Program-made: the position numbers and the translations under genes | The notes under the pieces: generated by a model | Seen by the model: the letters and a program-made list of their open reading frames with translations, nothing else | Told to the model about the DNA's origin: nothing | Databases searched by the model: none | Source: Chloroflexota bacterium | Lineage (GTDB): Bacteria; Chloroflexota; Limnocylindria; Limnocylindrales; CSP1-4 | Direction of reading: 5' to 3' | DNA: 40,763 nucleotides | Assembly: GCA_017881885.1 (NCBI GenBank) | Contig: JADGQJ010000002.1 | Location: 1 to 40,763, forward strand | In this document: positions 36,556 to 40,763 of the stretch, in pieces | Layout: each line of letters begins with the position of its first letter | Numbering within the stretch: position 1 is the stretch's first letter

Positions 36556-36783
36556 TTGACGCGCGTGGTTCGGACGCCGCAGGGCCTCGTCGTCCTCGAC
36601 CCGACCGGCAAGATGCCCGGTCGCGGTGCATACGTATGTGAATCGAATGAGTGCCGCAAGGCGGCCCTCGACAAAGGATCGCTCCAGCGCGCGCTGGAAG
36701 TGCCAATCCCAGTGGAGCTGTGGGCCGAACTGACAGGGGAGGCGAGCAGGATCGAAGAAGGAGTGAGTCGTGGCAAAGAGTAG
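36556..36783 (+). CDS. ylxR: YlxR-family (DUF448) RNA-binding protein; 5' boundary problematic
   Basis: It has the GRGAYVC motif and the conserved position between nusA and infB. TTG 36556 is the first canonical start. However, family-typical sequence (RSCVVCRQPRQKREL) is encoded in-frame just upstream. Confidence 0.8.
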   Translation: MTRVVRTPQGLVVLDPTGKMPGRGAYVCESNECRKAALDKGSLQRALEVPIPVELWAELTGEASRIEEGVSRGKE

Positions 36784-38680
36784 GAGCGGCACGCGGGGCC
36801 GTCGTGGTCCCCGCAAGCCGATGCGCCGCGACGCAGGCGGCCCCGGTTCAACGGCGGTCCTCGATCCGCGAGATCGAGCCGCAATCGAGCTGCCGTCCAG
36901 CATCACCGTCAAAGACCTTGCCGATCTGGTGGGCGTCAACCCCGCCGACGTGATCCGCGAGCTCATCAAGAGCGGCATCTTCGCCAACATCAACCAGGGC
37001 ATCGATCGCGAGACCGCGTCCCTGGTGGCCGAGGAGTTGGGCTACGAAGTCGCCGAAATTGCCGCGCCCGGTGCAGCGGCCAACTCCGACGGCTCCCAGC
37101 CCGAAGCAGCCCCGGTCAGCGCCGCCACCAAGGAGCAGCTCTACGAGGAGGACGAAGCGTCCCTCCTCCTGCCGCGCGCCCCGATCGTGACCGTCATGGG
37201 CCACGTCGACCACGGCAAGACCTCGCTCCTCGACGCCATCCGCACCACGAAGGTTGCGGCCGGCGAGCGCGGCGGCATCACCCAGCACATCGGTGCCAGC
37301 GAGATCGTGATGAAGGACGGCCGGCGGATCGTCTTCCTCGATACCCCGGGCCACGAAGCCTTCACGGCGATGCGCGCGCGCGGCGCCAAGGTCACGGACA
37401 TCGCGATCGTGGTCGTGGCTGCCGACGACGGCGTCATGCCCCAGACCCTCGAGGCGATCGACCACGCCAAAGCGGCCAAGGTTCCGATCATCATCGCCCT
37501 CAACAAGATCGACAAGCCCGACGCCAACCCGGACCGGGTCAAGAACGGCCTGGCGGAAGCCGGCGTCGTCGTCGAGGAGTACGGCGGCGACGTGCCGATG
37601 GTGCCCGTCTCAGCAAAGGCCCGTCTCGGACTGGACGAGCTGCTCGAGATGATCATCCTCGTCGCGGACCTGCAGGAACTCAAGGCCAACCCCAAGCGGC
37701 CCGCCATCGGAACTATCGTCGAGGCAGAACTCGACAAGGGCCGGGGCCCGGTTGCGACGGCGCTGGTCCAGACCGGAACCCTGCGCGTCGGAGACGTCAT
37801 CGTCGTCGGCGAGACCTACGGCAAGGTCCGCGCCCTCGAAAACGGCCTCGGCAAGCGAATCACCAAGGCGGGCCCTTCCAGCCCCGCCGTGGTCCTCGGC
37901 CTGGCCCACGTACCGCAGGCCGGCGATATATTGCGTGTTGTCGCAGACGAGAAGATCGCCCGCACGATGGTCGAGGGCCGGAAGGCCGCCTCCGCGGACC
38001 GGTCGGAAGGGAGTGGCCGGACCACTCTCGAGGATCTGTACGCACAGATCCAGGCCGGCCAGACCAAGGAACTGCGGATCATCCTCAAGACGGACGTCTC
38101 GGGCTCGCTCGGCGCGATCACTCACGCCCTGCAGCAGCTGTCGACCGACGAGGTTCGGATCAACGTCCTTCACGAAGCCGCCGGCGACGTGACCGACAAC
38201 GACATCATGCTCGCCGCGGCGTCCAATGCGATCGTCGTGGCCTTCAGCACTAAGGTCACCGACACCGCCAGACGCGCGGCCGAATCCGAGAAGGTCGACG
38301 TCCGCCAGTACGACATCATCTACAAGCTCACCGACGACATCTCCGCCGCGCTTCGCGGCATGCTCGAGCCGGAGCAGGTGGAGACGGTCGAAGGTCGGGC
38401 CGAGGTCCGCAAGATCTTCAAGGTCGGCAAGGTGGCCGTCATCGCCGGCTGCTACGTCACCGACGGCAGAATCGTGCGCGGCGGTGGCGCTCGAGTCTGG
38501 CGAGGCGGCAAGATCATCCTGACCGACAAGATCGAGTCGTTGCGCCGAATGAAGGACGACGTCCGGGAGGTCGCCACGACCTTCGAATGCGGCATCGGCC
38601 TGGCAGGATCGAACGACCTGATCGAAGGGGACGTCATCGAGTGCTTCACCCAGCAGATGGTGAGCCGGGCGGCGGGTTGA
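36770..38680 (+). CDS. infB: Translation initiation factor IF-2 (short N-terminus)
   Basis: The G-domain has [20 protein letters not shown] and NKID. AAGGAG lies 6 nt upstream of GTG 36770. The gene overlaps the ylxR 3' end by 14 nt. Confidence 0.95.
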   Translation: MAKSRSGTRGRRGPRKPMRRDAGGPGSTAVLDPRDRAAIELPSSITVKDLADLVGVNPADVIRELIKSGIFANINQGIDRETASLVAEELGYEVAEIAAPGAAANSDGSQPEAAPVSAATKEQLYEEDEASLLLPRAPIVTVMGHVDHGKTSLLDAIRTTKVAAGERGGITQHIGASEIVMKDGRRIVFLDTPGHEAFTAMRARGAKVTDIAIVVVAADDGVMPQTLEAIDHAKAAKVPIIIALNKIDKPDANPDRVKNGLAEAGVVVEEYGGDVPMVPVSAKARLGLDELLEMIILVADLQELKANPKRPAIGTIVEAELDKGRGPVATALVQTGTLRVGDVIVVGETYGKVRALENGLGKRITKAGPSSPAVVLGLAHVPQAGDILRVVADEKIARTMVEGRKAASADRSEGSGRTTLEDLYAQIQAGQTKELRIILKTDVSGSLGAITHALQQLSTDEVRINVLHEAAGDVTDNDIMLAAASNAIVVAFSTKVTDTARRAAESEKVDVRQYDIIYKLTDDISAALRGMLEPEQVETVEGRAEVRKIFKVGKVAVIAGCYVTDGRIVRGGGARVWRGGKIILTDKIESLRRMKDDVREVATTFECGIGLAGSNDLIEGDVIECFTQQMVSRAAG

Positions 38681-38723
38681 ACCGTCGTCGCGGCTCGTGC
38701 CAGAGCCGGAGTATCCAGCCCCG

Positions 38724-39272
38724 ATGAGCCAACGAACCGAACGCATCGATGAGCTTCTCCGCCAGGAGATCGGCAAGGCGCTCGAGAGCGAGCTGTCCGA
38801 TCCCAGGATCGGTTTTGTGACCGTGACCAACGTCGAGACGAGCTCGGATCTTTCGCATGCGAAGGTCTGGGTCAGCGTCATCGGGTCGGAGGACGAGCGC
38901 AAGGAGACGCTGTCCGCGCTTCGGCGCGCGATGCCCTACGTGCGCCACGGCCTCAGCTCGAAGATACGGATGCGCCGCATTCCCGAGCTGGATGTCCGGC
39001 TGGACGATTCGATCGACCGGGGCACCCGGATCCTGCACCTGCTCGACGAGATCCAGGCGGGGCGCAGTCCGGAAGAGATCGGGGCTCAACCCGAATCGCT
39101 ACCGACGCCCGTTCAGCGTCTGCCGCGTGACGGCGACGTGCCCGAGCGAGAGTCGGCAGTCCTGCCGCCGCAAGAGCCGCGGAAGCGGTTCCGGCGCAGA
39201 CCGGAGACGGGCAACTCCTCGAAGCCGGGGTCGAAACCGGGTCGTGGAGAGGGCAGGAGGGGGCCGCGGTGA
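38724..39272 (+). CDS. rbfA: Ribosome-binding factor A with basic C-terminal extension
   Basis: MSQRTERIDELLRQEIGKAL...SHAKVWVSV... is typical RbfA. I prefer ATG 38724 over the track's GTG 38697. Confidence 0.88.
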   Translation: MSQRTERIDELLRQEIGKALESELSDPRIGFVTVTNVETSSDLSHAKVWVSVIGSEDERKETLSALRRAMPYVRHGLSSKIRMRRIPELDVRLDDSIDRGTRILHLLDEIQAGRSPEEIGAQPESLPTPVQRLPRDGDVPERESAVLPPQEPRKRFRRRPETGNSSKPGSKPGRGEGRRGPR

Positions 39273-40309
39273 GCGACGTCGAGCCGCGGATCGATCTGTC
39301 GGAATATGCAGCGGCCGTGCCCCAGGAGGTAGTTGACCGGCTGCGCGCGGCGCGACGGGTCCTCACCATTTGCCACGAGAACCCCGAGGCCGACGCGCTT
39401 GGTTCCGCGCTGGCGATCGCGCTGCTCGTCGAGGCGAATGGGGGAGTGGCCACCCCCGTGTGCGCGGATCCGATGCCGGCGATGTACAAGTTCCTGCCCG
39501 GCATGGACCGCTTCCGCCGCGAGCCGGCCGCCGATATCGACTACGACCTGCTCGTGGTGGGGGACTGCGGCGAGCTCGAGCGGATCGGCCCCGTGATCGA
39601 GTCGCATCGCGCACTCTTCGATCGGGTGCCGATCCTCGACATCGACCACCACATCTCGAACCGTCACTTCGGCGCAGTCGATTGGGTTGACGCGCACAGT
39701 TCGGCCACCTGCGAGATGGTCACGTTGCTGGCGTGGAGGATGGGCGTGCCCCTCACTGCCGGGGACGGGATGCTCGCCGCGGCCCTCGCGGCGGGCGTGG
39801 TGATGGACACCGGCATCTTCCAGCACACCAACACGACTCCACGGACCCTGGTCGTGGCTGCAGCCCTGCGTGAGGCAGGCGCGCCGATCAGCGATATCGC
39901 CCGCCGGCTGTATCGGCTCAAGGCCAATAGCCAGCTCTTGCTCTTCGGCCGCGTGCTGTCGCGTCTCGAGTCCGATTGCGACGGCCGGCTCGTCTGGTCC
40001 ACGCTCGAACTCGCCGACCTGGCTGCCGCGGGGGCCAGCTCCGAGGAATCCGAGGGGCTCGTCGACATGCTCGCCCAGGCCCGCGACGCGCAGGCGGCGA
40101 TCCTCTTCAAGGAGGCTGCGGGCGAGACCCGTATCAGCGTCCGGACGCGCGAAGGTGTCGATGCGACCGTGCTGACCGGCACGTTCGGTGGCGGCGGGCA
40201 CGCCCGTGCTGCCGGCGCCACCGTGTACTTGCCGCTGGCTGAGGCACGCCGCGCGGTCCTCGCGCGGGCCGCGGAACTGGTAGAGGCGGGCGGGACGACG
40301 CCACGATGA
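39269..40309 (+). CDS. nrnA: DHH/DHHA1 phosphoesterase (NrnA-like oligoribonuclease/pAp phosphatase)
   Basis: Motifs HENPEADALGS, VVGDCG, DIDHHISN and GGGGHARAAG are present. GTGA overlaps the rbfA stop. Confidence 0.88.
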   Translation: MSDVEPRIDLSEYAAAVPQEVVDRLRAARRVLTICHENPEADALGSALAIALLVEANGGVATPVCADPMPAMYKFLPGMDRFRREPAADIDYDLLVVGDCGELERIGPVIESHRALFDRVPILDIDHHISNRHFGAVDWVDAHSSATCEMVTLLAWRMGVPLTAGDGMLAAALAAGVVMDTGIFQHTNTTPRTLVVAAALREAGAPISDIARRLYRLKANSQLLLFGRVLSRLESDCDGRLVWSTLELADLAAAGASSEESEGLVDMLAQARDAQAAILFKEAAGETRISVRTREGVDATVLTGTFGGGGHARAAGATVYLPLAEARRAVLARAAELVEAGGTTPR

Positions 40310-40763
40310 GCGGACCCGGCCGCGCCAAAGAGGGCGGCATCGACGGCATCCTCGTCCTGGCGAAGCCGTCGGGCCCGACATCCCACGACATGGTCGGGCT
40401 TGTCCGCCGGCTGAGCGGCACGCACCGCGTCGGCCACGGCGGAACACTCGATCCGTTTGCGTCCGGGGTCCTGCCCGTCTTCCTGGGACTCGGGACCCGA
40501 GTCGTCGAGTACCACATGCGCGACGACAAGGCCTATCGAGCGACCGTGTGCTTCGGCGCGAGCTCTTCGACCGACGATCGAGACGGCGAGCTCACGCCCG
40601 GCAGCGGTCCGGCCCCCACTCGGGAGGCCGTCCTGGAGGCGCTCGCCGGGTTCCGCGGGTCGATAGAGCAGCGTCCGCCGGCTTTCAGCGCCATGAAGAT
40701 CGGTGGCCGCCGGGCGTACCAGCTGGCCCGTCAAGGCCAGCCCGTCGATCTGGCGGCTCGATC
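40306..40763 (+). CDS. truB: tRNA pseudouridine55 synthase TruB (3' end beyond window)
   Basis: Hand translation gives MSGPGRAKEGGIDGILVLAKPSGPTSHDMVGLVRRLSGTHRVGHGGTLDPFASGVLPVFLG.... ATGA overlaps the nrnA stop. It is absent from the track because no stop falls inside the window. Confidence 0.9.
   Translation, partial: MSGPGRAKEGGIDGILVLAKPSGPTSHDMVGLVRRLSGTHRVGHGGTLDPFASGVLPVFLGLGTRVVEYHMRDDKAYRATVCFGASSSTDDRDGELTPGSGPAPTREAVLEALAGFRGSIEQRPPAFSAMKIGGRRAYQLARQGQPVDLAAR

Overview
High-GC bacterial chromosomal window (roughly two-thirds G+C, judged from hand-counted sample lines, not computed). It is almost entirely a plus-strand run of conserved housekeeping genes. The synteny is Terrabacteria-like (Actinobacteria/Chloroflexi/Firmicutes type): femAB-like (5' partial)-murE, DUF2993-like, rel, rpmF-plsX-asp23-nusB-acpP-rnc-smc-ftsY, ffh, rpsP-KH-rimM-trmD, rplS-rnhB-yraN, rpsB-tsf-pyrH-frr-uppS-cdsA-dxr-rseP-ispG, proS, nusA-ylxR-infB-rbfA-nrnA-truB (3' partial). 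Many gene junctions are 1-4 nt start/stop overlaps (GTGA/ATGA), which suggests translational coupling. A short (199 aa) EF-Ts, an archaeal-type ProRS and a 636-aa IF-2 hint at a deep-branching high-GC lineage, but I cannot assign taxonomy. The only minus-strand coding is a CapA-family lipoprotein (21522..23192) and a small lower-GC islet between ispG and proS (31878..32545). I saw no rRNA, tRNA, CRISPR array, transposase/integrase, toxin-antitoxin or recognisable defence genes. Most long alternative-frame ORFs in the track are Arg/Pro/Ala-rich high-GC artefacts that overlap genes with clear motifs. I found no clear-cut novel multi-gene system. The places that most deserve a second look are: (1) the ispG-proS islet, whose coding structure is unresolved and which includes a 39-codon lipobox mini-ORF; (2) the unusually long trmD-rplS spacer, which carries a 182-nt inverted-repeat-bounded element; (3) a promoter followed by a canonical terminator in the nusA leader, where rimP would normally sit; (4) a ylxR whose conserved N-terminal CxxC segment lies upstream of any canonical start codon; (5) a low-GC membrane ORF wedged between ftsY and ffh; (6) a five-run G-quadruplex motif between cdsA and dxr.
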